Notes: generated from the letters alone by a model not told the origin. 43,517 bases of DNA from Candidatus Micrarchaeota archaeon RBG_16_49_10 (GCA_001784635.1 MFRS01000004.1:14151-57667); one strand, 5' to 3'; positions 33,585 to 41,998 are shown, counted from the stretch's first letter. Made by a program: numbers and translations.

Positions 33585-34424
33585 CTACTCGAGCTTAACC
33601 TTCTCCTTCAAAGCCCTTGCCTGTGCCTGCCCCTTGGCTAAAAGGTCCCCTATTATCTCCTTCTCCAGTATCCCTGCCTCCATCCCTAGGCTTTTGGCTT
33701 CTTGATGGGCTTTTGTGAGCAGTAATTCGATTGATTGCTTGGTCGGGTATGCGATGTTCACGGCCAGGTTCATCCCCTGCGCGGCTGCCGCCATCAGGTT
33801 TTTCAGATAGGCCTGCTGGTCGACGTTCAGGACGGACCTCTCGAAGATTATCCCGTCCTCCCAGGCGGAGACGAGGTATATGCCTATCTCGCCCACCTGG
33901 ATGTCCAGCTTCTTCAGCAGATCGGCCGTCTGGGCACTGAGGGCGTCGCCTTTCTTGGCAACCTTGGTCTCCCTTATCACGTGGATCTTGCCGTCCTGCA
34001 CCTTGGCGGGTATCTTGGCCCTCTGCAGATCCCCTATGGCCGGCCCTGCCATCAGCTTGGTCGGCCCCTCGGGTATGACTATGTCCTTTGTCATGATGTC
34101 GCCCTCCTTTGCGAAGGCCGTGGACTTGTTCCTCTCTATCAGCCTGAACAGCTTGAAAGGGTTTATGTTAGTGAATATCAGCGCCGGCTCCTTGGCATCG
34201 TGCTCCATGATCTTCTCCAAGTCCTTCTTCCCCGCGTCCTTGAAGGCCAGGTCTATCACCCTCTTCTTGCTCATCCTTATGGTGGCGTCCTTCCTCAGGT
34301 CCTTCTTCATCGCGTGCAGCTGGCTTGAGGGGAGCTTGTAGAGGTCTATGAGCGAGATGACATGGTACTGGCTGAGCATCCCCTTGAGGTTCTCCAGGTC
34401 CTTGATTTTCCTTGCGCTGACCAT
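33585..34424 (-). CDS. rplP0: 50S ribosomal protein L10/P0 (short, no acidic C-tail)
   Basis: KSTAFAKEGDI..KDIVIPEGPT, IPAKVQDGKI, NLAVNIAYPT; lies between rpl1 and rpl12. Confidence 0.93.
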   Translation of the reverse strand: MVSARKIKDLENLKGMLSQYHVISLIDLYKLPSSQLHAMKKDLRKDATIRMSKKRVIDLAFKDAGKKDLEKIMEHDAKEPALIFTNINPFKLFRLIERNKSTAFAKEGDIMTKDIVIPEGPTKLMAGPAIGDLQRAKIPAKVQDGKIHVIRETKVAKKGDALSAQTADLLKKLDIQVGEIGIYLVSAWEDGIIFERSVLNVDQQAYLKNLMAAAAQGMNLAVNIAYPTKQSIELLLTKAHQEAKSLGMEAGILEKEIIGDLLAKGQAQARALKEKVKLE

Positions 34425-35042
34425 CTAGTCCACCTCCAAGACGATGGGCTTGCTCATGCTGAACTTGAGCTTGCCCTTCCCTATGTTGCTCTTCCCCTTG
34501 GGGAGCTTGACCTTCAGGAAACTGACGAGCGCCTCTATGTTCTCGGCCAAATCGTCGTCGGACATGCTCTCCAGGCCGACCACCGTCCTTATCACCGGGT
34601 CCCTCTTGACCTCGACTCTGACGCCCTTCTTGAACGTCTCGGCCATCTTCTTCGGGTCGCCGGCCAGCGGCTTGGGCATCTTCCCTATCGGGGCGAGGAA
34701 CTTACCTAGGAACTTACCGACCACGGGCATCAAAGGCGGCTCGGAGAGGAAAAAGGTTGTGTCAGCTATCAAGTTCTTGAGCTCCTTCTTGTTCTGGGAG
34801 AGCTTCTCTATCTCGTCCTTCTTCACTATCTTGCAGCCCTCTATGGCTGGAATATTATCAGCAAAAATCGTGACCTTGGTCTGCTTTCCGGGTCCCTTAG
34901 GAAGCATGAAAACCTCGTCCAGCTTGTAGTCGGCCTTCTTGAGGTTGAACTCCTTCAGGATGACTATCATGTCGAGCCTTTGGCTGAAGTTCCTTTTCTT
35001 AGAGGATTCTCTTAATGCCTTCAGTTGCTCTTTCGTCTTCAT
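34425..35042 (-). CDS. rpl1: 50S ribosomal protein L1
   Basis: KKRNFSQRLD, MPVVGKFLGKFLAPIGKMPKP, VGLESMSDDDLAENI, KFSMSKP. ATG 35042 follows SD GGAGG. Confidence 0.95.
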   Translation of the reverse strand: MKTKEQLKALRESSKKRNFSQRLDMIVILKEFNLKKADYKLDEVFMLPKGPGKQTKVTIFADNIPAIEGCKIVKKDEIEKLSQNKKELKNLIADTTFFLSEPPLMPVVGKFLGKFLAPIGKMPKPLAGDPKKMAETFKKGVRVEVKRDPVIRTVVGLESMSDDDLAENIEALVSFLKVKLPKGKSNIGKGKLKFSMSKPIVLEVD

Positions 35043-35190
35043 AAAAATCCCTCCTGCGCGAGGCAGTGCCAACGGGCTAAATTAAAATGGGCGTTAAGAT
35101 TTAAAAAGGTTGCCAAGGGGATATATTTACTACAGGATAGAAATGCTTATATATTAGTACTACTAGTTAGTGATTATATTTGGTGATACA

Positions 35191-35406
35191 ATGCGTTATA
35201 ATTTATCTTTTGCCGATGGAGGAGAATCAGTTTTTAATTATTCCGAAGGAAGAAATGCTGTTTACGATGGGCCAAGTATAGTTGAAAAGGGGACTAGAAT
35301 ATCCTTAATAAATCTGCAAAGAACCAATGGAGTTGCCAACTATGAAGTGGCCAGACAAAATAATGACACTCTTTTTGTCAGAGCATTACTCCCTCAAGAA
35401 GTCTAA
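35191..35406 (+). CDS. Hypothetical protein (71 aa, AT-rich orphan)
   Basis: SD GGTGA 4 nt before ATG 35191; antisense insertion in the r-protein cluster. Confidence 0.55.
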   Translation: MRYNLSFADGGESVFNYSEGRNAVYDGPSIVEKGTRISLINLQRTNGVANYEVARQNNDTLFVRALLPQEV

Positions 35407-35416
35407 AATCATTTTT

Positions 35417-35938
35417 TTATTTCACATATTTTCCTTTTTTGAGCTTTAAAATCGCTTCACCCAAAAGGGTGTACTTCTTGTTCATCTCGTTGTCCAGCTC
35501 CAGGACCTTCCTGGCCATGTCCCTGTAGGTCATCTCGTACTCCCTCGTCAGCCTCTCGAACTCCTTCCTGTTCTCCTCAATCTCCTCGCTGAAGCCCTCA
35601 ACCCTGCCCTCAAGCCCCCTAAGGGCCCCCTGCAGCCTCCTCTCGAGGGCGCTGAGGTTCATCTCGGCCCCGAACTTCCTCGAGAAGTACTCGTTCTCCA
35701 TCTGCCTTATCTTGACAATCTCCCTCTCGAGCTTGGAGAGGTTTATCTTCCCGACAGCCTCCCCTATCTTGGCCACCGCAGAGGCCTGGGAATGGTCCAT
35801 GTAGAGCATCAAAGCCAGAAGCGAAGTGGAAAGAATCATTATGTAAGTCAGGGGTATGCCGCCGAAGAATATCTCGGTCAGCAGCGACACCGCAAGCAGA
35901 GCCAGCAGAACCCAAGATATAGCCCTTATTATCCTCAT
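35417..35938 (-). CDS. Membrane-anchored coiled-coil protein (2 TM plus long heptad region)
   Basis: Two N-terminal hydrophobic helices, E/K/R/L-rich tail, host-like codon usage. Confidence 0.8.
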   Translation of the reverse strand: MRIIRAISWVLLALLAVSLLTEIFFGGIPLTYIMILSTSLLALMLYMDHSQASAVAKIGEAVGKINLSKLEREIVKIRQMENEYFSRKFGAEMNLSALERRLQGALRGLEGRVEGFSEEIEENRKEFERLTREYEMTYRDMARKVLELDNEMNKKYTLLGEAILKLKKGKYVK

Positions 35939-36059
35939 TTAAAACACTAATCACTAATTAGTGAGAAAAGGTTAAGAGCTTATTGCTTTGGCTTTGACTT
36001 GTCTGGCGATAAGCTTCTGGGTAACAGATTTATAACTAACAACCCATAGAAACTCTGTA

Positions 36060-36338
36060 TTGGTGGTTGTATTGGAACTTAAAATCGGGGAAGATAGGTA
36101 TATTTTAGAGGGAGTTAAGGATGGTAATTTCTTTGAACTCCGAATATCAAGGGGTCAGGGTTATATTGGTTTTATAACCTCTCATAGAGTAACTGAAGAA
36201 ATGGACCCTGTGGCCGCAAGGAGCTGGCTTTACGCAAACGGGTTTAGGCTGAAAAACGATGCTGATTTATTGACCTTTTACAAACAATTCAATCCTGAGG
36301 CGGAGATGAGTTTGTTTGAAAGGCTTATGGGACTGTAA
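36060..36338 (+). CDS. Hypothetical protein (92 aa, AT-rich orphan)
   Basis: TTG start; convergent with rpl11 (5-nt gap). Confidence 0.55.
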   Translation: MVVVLELKIGEDRYILEGVKDGNFFELRISRGQGYIGFITSHRVTEEMDPVAARSWLYANGFRLKNDADLLTFYKQFNPEAEMSLFERLMGL

Positions 36339-36343
36339 GCCGC

Positions 36344-36997
36344 CTACTCCTTAATCAAAGAGTCGTACTTCCCCTCGTCTATCTCGGCTATTATGGCCTT
36401 GGGGGCCTTGCCCTCTATCGTGACCGGCATGCTCGCGCAGGACCCGACGACCTCCTTCACGGCGGACTTGAACGTCTTGGACAGCATCCCGCTCCACTTC
36501 ATCCTCGCGATCTTGACCAGCTGCTGCATCTTGACATCGGCCACTATGACCCTGGCAATCTTCTCCTTTTCCTTCTTCTTCTTTGCAACAGGTGCCCCAG
36601 CGGCATCTGTGGCATCTGCGGCCGCAGCCTCCTTGACCGGCTCAGCGGGAGCGGCTTCCTTGGCCTTCTTCGCAGGCTTCTCCGCCGCAGCCTCGCCCTC
36701 GGCCTTCTCGGCCTTCGCAACGGCAATCTTCTTCATCCCCAGCTCCTTCGCTAGCAGGGACGAGACCGGAGGGGTGCCAATCCTTATCGCGTAGCTACCG
36801 TCCTTCTTGTCCACGAGGACCTTGACGGGGACACTCATGTCCTTGTAGGCCTTGGTCTGGTCGTTTATGTCTTCGAAGAGCTTCTTCATGTTTACCTTGT
36901 ACATCCCCAGCTTAGGGGCTGTGGTAGGGCCTGGCTTAGCGCTGCCGCCCTCTATGAGCATGTCGATGGTTTCCTTGTCTGACATAGTTTCACTCAA
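36344..36997 (-). CDS. rpl11: 50S ribosomal protein L11 with a long Ala/Lys/Glu linker insertion
   Basis: IEGGSAKPGP...LG, VPVKV, IGTPPVSSLL and C-terminal VKEVVGSCASMPVTIEG. Confidence 0.93.
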   Translation of the reverse strand: MSETMSDKETIDMLIEGGSAKPGPTTAPKLGMYKVNMKKLFEDINDQTKAYKDMSVPVKVLVDKKDGSYAIRIGTPPVSSLLAKELGMKKIAVAKAEKAEGEAAAEKPAKKAKEAAPAEPVKEAAAADATDAAGAPVAKKKKEKEKIARVIVADVKMQQLVKIARMKWSGMLSKTFKSAVKEVVGSCASMPVTIEGKAPKAIIAEIDEGKYDSLIKE

Positions 36998-37160
36998 TAT
37001 AAGTAAGATTGAAAGCTTAAAAAGGTTTATTCCTGAAAATTATTTGGTAGGGAGTGTGTCTGCTGGTACTGAATAGGCGGTGTCATTAGAAGGGTAGAAC
37101 ACCCAAGCCAAAGCAAAGACTTAAATCCTTATTTGCCAACCAAAGTATCGGTGGAAACCA

Positions 37161-37385
37161 ATGAATGGCGTAACATTAACATATAAAATTACAGCAGATC
37201 CTGAAATAATCGCACAAGTAGAGAGGTACATGGAAAGTCTTCGACTAGAAGGGATTGTCGATAGTGTTGACATGGCAATTATTGGCCATGGTTCTGCTAC
37301 ACATCCTTTGACATTCAAACTTTTGGATCCAACGCTTAAGAATGGTGTTGAGATTTATTTAAGACAATATGGAGCAATACAATAA
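37161..37385 (+). CDS. Hypothetical protein (74 aa orphan)
   Basis: ATG start with upstream CTTAAATCC TATA element; antisense between spt5 and rpl11. Confidence 0.6.
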   Translation: MNGVTLTYKITADPEIIAQVERYMESLRLEGIVDSVDMAIIGHGSATHPLTFKLLDPTLKNGVEIYLRQYGAIQ

Positions 37386-37402
37386 TTAGAGTCTAAGGGT
37401 AA

Positions 37403-37858
37403 TTACTCTTCCTTCTTGATGGCGTCTATGACCTTCACCAGGCCGGCGTTGACTGTGACCGGTATCGGGACGGTGACCTCTATCAGCTCTATGGTGACCT
37501 CGTTCTTCTCCTTGACGAACTTCTTCACCTTGCCCTTCTCACCCTTGAAAGGCCCGCCTATGACCTCTATTATGTCGCCGTCAGCCAGCTTGATCTCGAT
37601 CTCCTTCGGCTTCAGGAACTTCTTCAGCTCCTCCACCGGCAGCGGAGTCCTTATTATGCCCCTCGCGTGGGGGATGTCCCTTATCGCAGCCTCGACGTCC
37701 TTGAGCTCGGCCTCCACGAAGATGTAGCCCTTTATCTCCTCAGGGTGCACTATGGCCTTTATCGGGAGGCTAGTAACCTTGGCCTTGTTCGCTATGGCCT
37801 CTATGACGACGTTCTCCCTGCCTATTATCGTCTTGACCGAGTATATCATATCAGGCAC
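37403..37858 (-). CDS. spt5: Transcription elongation factor Spt5 (NusG)
   Basis: NGN domain (IKGYIFVEA...IPHARG) plus KOW motif (GDIIEVIGGPFKGEKGKV, IPVTV). Confidence 0.96.
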   Translation of the reverse strand: MPDMIYSVKTIIGRENVVIEAIANKAKVTSLPIKAIVHPEEIKGYIFVEAELKDVEAAIRDIPHARGIIRTPLPVEELKKFLKPKEIEIKLADGDIIEVIGGPFKGEKGKVKKFVKEKNEVTIELIEVTVPIPVTVNAGLVKVIDAIKKEE

Positions 37859-38030
37859 CGACGAGTACCGAGGTCATGTAGAAGACGAACCCCATCAGCC
37901 CCATGACTATGAACCCTATCCCGCAGACCCTTGAGGTCTTTGTGAGCTCCTCCTTCGAGGGCTTCCTGGCTAGGATAAGGACCCTCCTGTACCTGGTTAT
38001 GGTCTCCTTGGGGTTGAAATTGATCTTCAT
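37851..38030 (-). CDS. secE: Protein translocase subunit SecE / Sec61-gamma
   Basis: YRRVLILARKPSKEE...GIGFIVMGLMGF; canonical position between ftsZ and spt5. Confidence 0.93.
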   Translation of the reverse strand: MKINFNPKETITRYRRVLILARKPSKEELTKTSRVCGIGFIVMGLMGFVFYMTSVLVGA

Positions 38031-38097
38031 GGTGCTCACAAATAGATTGAGAGTGCAGATTAATAAATTTAAAGAATAAAGGGAAAAAAGGGAAAAA

Positions 38098-39180
38098 TCA
38101 CTCGATGAACTCTATCCCGAGCTCCTCCTCGACGAAGATCTTCTTCGGCTTCAGGAGCTGCTCCTCGACCGATTCCTGGTCGGCCTTCACGTTGGTCACG
38201 ATGACCAGCACTCTGACCGACTCGGCCAAGTCCTTGGAGACATGGGCTCCCCAGATTATCTTCGCGTCCTCGGAAAGCTTTGAGGATACAGCCTCGACCA
38301 CATGCTGGGCCTCCCTTATCGTTATGTCAGGTCCACCAGTCACGTTTATCAAGGCACCCTCTGCCCCCTCTATGTCCAGGGAGAGCAACGGGTTGCTCAA
38401 CGCCTTCTCGACAGCCTCTATCGCCCTGTTCTCTGTGTCCGATTCTCCCATTCCAATCATGGAGAGGCCACCGTTCTTCATCACAGCCCTGACGTCGGCC
38501 AAGTCCAGGTTTATCAGTCCGGGCTTGGTGACAAGCTCTGCGATGCCCTTGACGGAGTTCACCAATATCTCGTCGGCCACCTTGAACGCGGTAGCCAATG
38601 AGACGTCCGGCACTATCTCCAGAAGTTTGTCGTTTGGTATGATTATGATGGTGTCAACGTTCTTCCTGAGGTTCTGAAGGCCCAGTTTGGCGTTTTTCAT
38701 CCTCTGGTGGCCCTCCATCTCGAACGGAAGAGTGACGACGGCTATGGTCAGAACGCCCATCTTCTGGGCGGTCTCGCCTATTACAGGTGCGGAGCCTGTT
38801 CCGGTCCCGCCTCCCAAGCCGCATGTTATGAATACCATGTCGCAGCCCTCGAGCATCTTCTTGATCTCGTCCCTGCTCTCCTTTGCCGCCTCCTCGCCTA
38901 TGGCCGGGTCCCCGCCTGCGCCAAGGCCTGCAGTGACCTCCCTGCCTATGAGGAGCTTGTTGTCAGCGTCAGAATAAAGCAAATCCTGCACGTCCGTGTT
39001 CACCGCAATAGTCTCGACTCCCTCGACGCCAACCTGCATCATCCTCGTTATGGTGTTGTTCCCGGCACCGCCAGTGCCTATGACCTTGATTTTTGCCCTT
39101 CTCTGCTCCAAGAACTTCAGAAGTTCCTCGTCGACTTTCGAGACTTTCTTTTTCTGCGATTGTGCGATTGTTACGGCCAT
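38098..39180 (-). CDS. ftsZ: Cell division protein FtsZ (FtsZ1-type context)
   Basis: GTGGAGNN, GLGAGGDP, GLGGGTGTGSAP, NDKL, INLDLADV; SD GGAGGT. Confidence 0.98.
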   Translation of the reverse strand: MAVTIAQSQKKKVSKVDEELLKFLEQRRAKIKVIGTGGAGNNTITRMMQVGVEGVETIAVNTDVQDLLYSDADNKLLIGREVTAGLGAGGDPAIGEEAAKESRDEIKKMLEGCDMVFITCGLGGGTGTGSAPVIGETAQKMGVLTIAVVTLPFEMEGHQRMKNAKLGLQNLRKNVDTIIIIPNDKLLEIVPDVSLATAFKVADEILVNSVKGIAELVTKPGLINLDLADVRAVMKNGGLSMIGMGESDTENRAIEAVEKALSNPLLSLDIEGAEGALINVTGGPDITIREAQHVVEAVSSKLSEDAKIIWGAHVSKDLAESVRVLVIVTNVKADQESVEEQLLKPKKIFVEEELGIEFIE

Positions 39181-39345
39181 GAAAATTTACCTCCAATTTT
39201 TATTATCGGTTAGTTATCACAACTATATCTTTTTAGCACAGTTAAATTTAAATGTCTTTCCTAGCCTTCCCTTTCCGGTATTTGAATACCACATAGCAAT
39301 CCGGGTTTTGCAGAATAGATATAAATGCTTTGGCCGCTTTCTTTT

Positions 39346-39660
39346 ATGTCTATGGTCCGAAAAATTGCGCAGATATGCTATAAGCCGAATGAGTATGGGG
39401 CTGGCACGGGCGTAATCATGGCTATTGTGTCAATAGGTGGAAAACCCCCGTTGTTTGATGTGGTCCATGCCTACAGGAAAGACGGCAGGCCAACTGTCGA
39501 AATAATAGAAGAAGGTGTATCTCGGGACTATGCCAACGAAGCAACCTCTATACCTGGCTATGTCTTGGATGGCGGGAGGAATATTGAAGTTTTGGGACAT
39601 TTGTGCACAGCTTTCGGCTATAATTTTGAAGAAGTCAAGAGGCTGGCCTTGGGTCCTTAG
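39346..39660 (+). CDS. Hypothetical protein (~104 aa orphan)
   Basis: TATA (GATATAAA) at ~39318 suggests a start near 39346-39352; divergent from ftsZ. Confidence 0.55.
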   Translation: MSMVRKIAQICYKPNEYGAGTGVIMAIVSIGGKPPLFDVVHAYRKDGRPTVEIIEEGVSRDYANEATSIPGYVLDGGRNIEVLGHLCTAFGYNFEEVKRLALGP

Positions 39661-39820
39661 GGGAAAGCAATGCTAACTCGCTTCACCATCGGTCACAAAC
39701 CAACCGGATGTACTATCCCACCACATAGGTTACATTTTTGAAAAACGACAAAAGGGGGGTCCGTCCGCTTAAGATGATGCCTCGAAAGGGATTTATGTTT
39801 AACAGCAAAAAGGATAAGGT

Positions 39821-40198
39821 ATGTTGCCATTGGCATTATATGAATTGACCTTAGCGGCAAATGAGGTGGCTGGCCGTTATGCTGGTTTTATTCCCAAAGT
39901 TCAAGACCAGAATCCATTCGCCAACTACCAATTTACAGGCGTGGATAAGTGTATAATCGGTGGTCTTGGTGTTGGACTCCTTGCTGGTTGCGGAATATAC
40001 ATAGCTGCCAGAGTATCGCTATCCTTATCCTCTAAAGAACCGAGTCAGCCGGCTCCGACAAGAAGTGGGTATAAGATAATTATGGAATATCCTGATGGCA
40101 CGTATCTATTGGAGGTACCGACTAGAGATAGGAAAATAGTAAAAGTAGACGATGCTGACAGTTCTGTACTACTTATAGAAGGAGGTCGGGGTGTATAA
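39821..40198 (+). CDS. Hypothetical membrane protein, paralog A
   Basis: N-terminal ~80 aa is homologous to 40319-40948 (QDQNPFANYQ.TG.DKC..GG); one TM helix. Confidence 0.75.
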   Translation: MLPLALYELTLAANEVAGRYAGFIPKVQDQNPFANYQFTGVDKCIIGGLGVGLLAGCGIYIAARVSLSLSSKEPSQPAPTRSGYKIIMEYPDGTYLLEVPTRDRKIVKVDDADSSVLLIEGGRGV

Positions 40199-40318
40199 TT
40201 CTCTCTTGGCACTGTTTTTTGGCAAATCTTTTGTGAAATTGTTTAACTTATAGTGAGGATTTCTACGCACTCGGATGCCTCAAAAGGGATTTAAGTTTAA
40301 CGACCAGAATGATAAGAC

Positions 40319-40948
40319 ATGTGGCCATTGGCGTTATATGAACTTGGCCTGGCGGCAAATGGTGTGCTTAACCATTATGCTGGTCCCATTGTTAGGCTCC
40401 AAGACCAGAACCCATTCGCCAACTACCAGCTTACAGGTACCGACAAGTGTGTGCTCGGTGGTGTTGTTGGAGTGCTTCTTTTCTCCGGGGGTTTATATGC
40501 GGCTTCCAGGGTATTGCTATCCTTATCCTCTAGAAAGCCGGAACCGAGCCAGCCGACTCAGCAGAAAGAGGGGTGGGGGATGACGGTATACGATATGCAT
40601 GGCAACCCTAGTATTGTGAATGTAAATAGAATAGATGGACCGAGTGGGGTTTTAGATAGAGTTGACGAATCATATTTATTTCAAATGACTGCAAAAACAT
40701 ATTGGAGAAATGAAGAAATGAGAAAGTATATGGGAAGGATACAAGGAGCCAGATCTAAATTAAAAGCTCCCGGATATATACCTGAGAGAAAAAGATTCGC
40801 AATAATAGCTCAAATGATAAGTGATGAACGGCAATTATGCGCCTTAAGAAAAATAAATATAAGTCTGATGCCTTCTAAACAACCTCCTGAGCATACTGAC
40901 TGGGTAAAGTATTATGAAAGACAATGTTTTGGGCCACGCAAAAAATAG
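40319..40948 (+). CDS. Hypothetical membrane protein, paralog B
   Basis: Same N-terminal cassette as paralog A, different basic C-terminal domain. Confidence 0.75.
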   Translation: MWPLALYELGLAANGVLNHYAGPIVRLQDQNPFANYQLTGTDKCVLGGVVGVLLFSGGLYAASRVLLSLSSRKPEPSQPTQQKEGWGMTVYDMHGNPSIVNVNRIDGPSGVLDRVDESYLFQMTAKTYWRNEEMRKYMGRIQGARSKLKAPGYIPERKRFAIIAQMISDERQLCALRKINISLMPSKQPPEHTDWVKYYERQCFGPRKK

Positions 40949-40962
40949 ATAAAAGAAGGGTC

Positions 40963-41307
40963 TCAGCCCATCATCCCAAAACCGTTGCCGAATCCGCGCA
41001 TCATGCCGCTTCCCCTGTAAAATCCGTTACCACCCATCATCGGGCATCCAAAGCCACTCTCCTGGTGCAGCTCCCACATCTCCTGCCTGTGCTCCGCAAT
41101 CAATTCGTTGAACTCCTCCTGGGTTATCTCGCCGTTCGCCAGTCTCCTGTGCGCCTCCAGCATCTCCTCGTGCTCCTCGGCCATTTTGTCGTAGAAGCTG
41201 TTGACGTCTGTAGCCTCCGCATTGGAGTTCTGTAAGGCATATACTATGGCCCCAGTGGCGAGCAACATAACCGCGCCGACCGCCAAGGCAAAAATCTTCC
41301 TTTCCAT
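40963..41307 (-). CDS. Exported Met/His/Gly-rich helical protein (SHOCT/ZraP-like, possible metal binder)
   Basis: Signal-like N-terminus; EEHEEMLEAH, NGEITQEEF, GCPMMGG...GMMG. Confidence 0.75.
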   Translation of the reverse strand: MERKIFALAVGAVMLLATGAIVYALQNSNAEATDVNSFYDKMAEEHEEMLEAHRRLANGEITQEEFNELIAEHRQEMWELHQESGFGCPMMGGNGFYRGSGMMRGFGNGFGMMG

Positions 41308-41372
41308 TCATACCACCTTTGTTTTTCAATCCATTTAATTGGGTAAACCAAGATATATTCGTTGTTGTCCGA

Positions 41373-41387
41373 ACGGTTCTGAACCGT
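41373..41387. promoter_or_regulatory. Inverted repeat ACGGTT-CTG-AACCGT upstream of the TATA of the 41307 gene
   Basis: Perfect 6-bp arms ~12 nt upstream (minus strand) of AATATATC. Confidence 0.45.
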
Positions 41388-41869
41388 CATCTCTTTTTTT
41401 TCTCGAGGAAAAGGTTGTATGTCTTCCCCACCCTCTCCCTCTGGATGATCCTCATCCTGTCGAGCCTCGTCAGTATCGCGGAGAGCTTCGCCTTGCTCCA
41501 GCTCAGCCTGAACCTGAGGGAGTCCTGGGTTATCTTCTCGGCTTTCTCAATCTCAGAAATCACTTTTTTCTCGTCCTCGGAAAGTGCCCTTTTCAGGATT
41601 GAGAGCTCATCTCTCTGCTTCGGCTTAGGTTTTACCACAGGTCTGTTCAGCTTGGAGTATACGAAAAGCACGGCCATTAAGGAAATGGCTATAGAGACTA
41701 CGTTTATGGTCTGCGCCTGCAGGTTGTTGCTGCCCATGTTCCTCATCATGTCCATCATCGTCTGGGGTTGCGGAGCAAAGACTAGGTTTAGGGGAAAGTA
41801 AACAACCAAATAAATCACCAGACCTATGATTATCGAAACTATCAGCTTCGTTATGTTGTCCTGCATCAT
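41387..41869 (-). CDS. Membrane-tethered wHTH regulator (2 TM, Met-rich loop, C-terminal HTH)
   Basis: Two TM helices flanking QTMMDMMRNM; LSEDEKKVI...ITQDSLRFRLSWSKAKLSAILTRLD..RER.GKT wHTH. Start at ATG 41869. Confidence 0.82.
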   Translation of the reverse strand: MMQDNITKLIVSIIIGLVIYLVVYFPLNLVFAPQPQTMMDMMRNMGSNNLQAQTINVVSIAISLMAVLFVYSKLNRPVVKPKPKQRDELSILKRALSEDEKKVISEIEKAEKITQDSLRFRLSWSKAKLSAILTRLDRMRIIQRERVGKTYNLFLEKKKR

Positions 41870-41998
41870 AATATCATTTGAAATAGTGAAAAATAATTTA
41901 ACTGTTTTTTCCTTTTTTTTGATTTCTCCGGAAGATTGAACATGATAGAAAATTGAAGTATAACAGAAAGCCGTTTCTGGCACTAGCCGAAAGTCTAT

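Noticed and set aside
35043-35070. CCTC/GAGG hairpin that could mask the rpl1 SD as an L1 autoregulatory site
   Set aside because: Only a 4-bp stem, and the known L1-binding internal-loop consensus is not recognisable.
39660-39780. CATCGGT/ACCGGATG hairpin and a 17-codon minus-strand ORF
   Set aside because: Imperfect short stem with no promoter or SD support.
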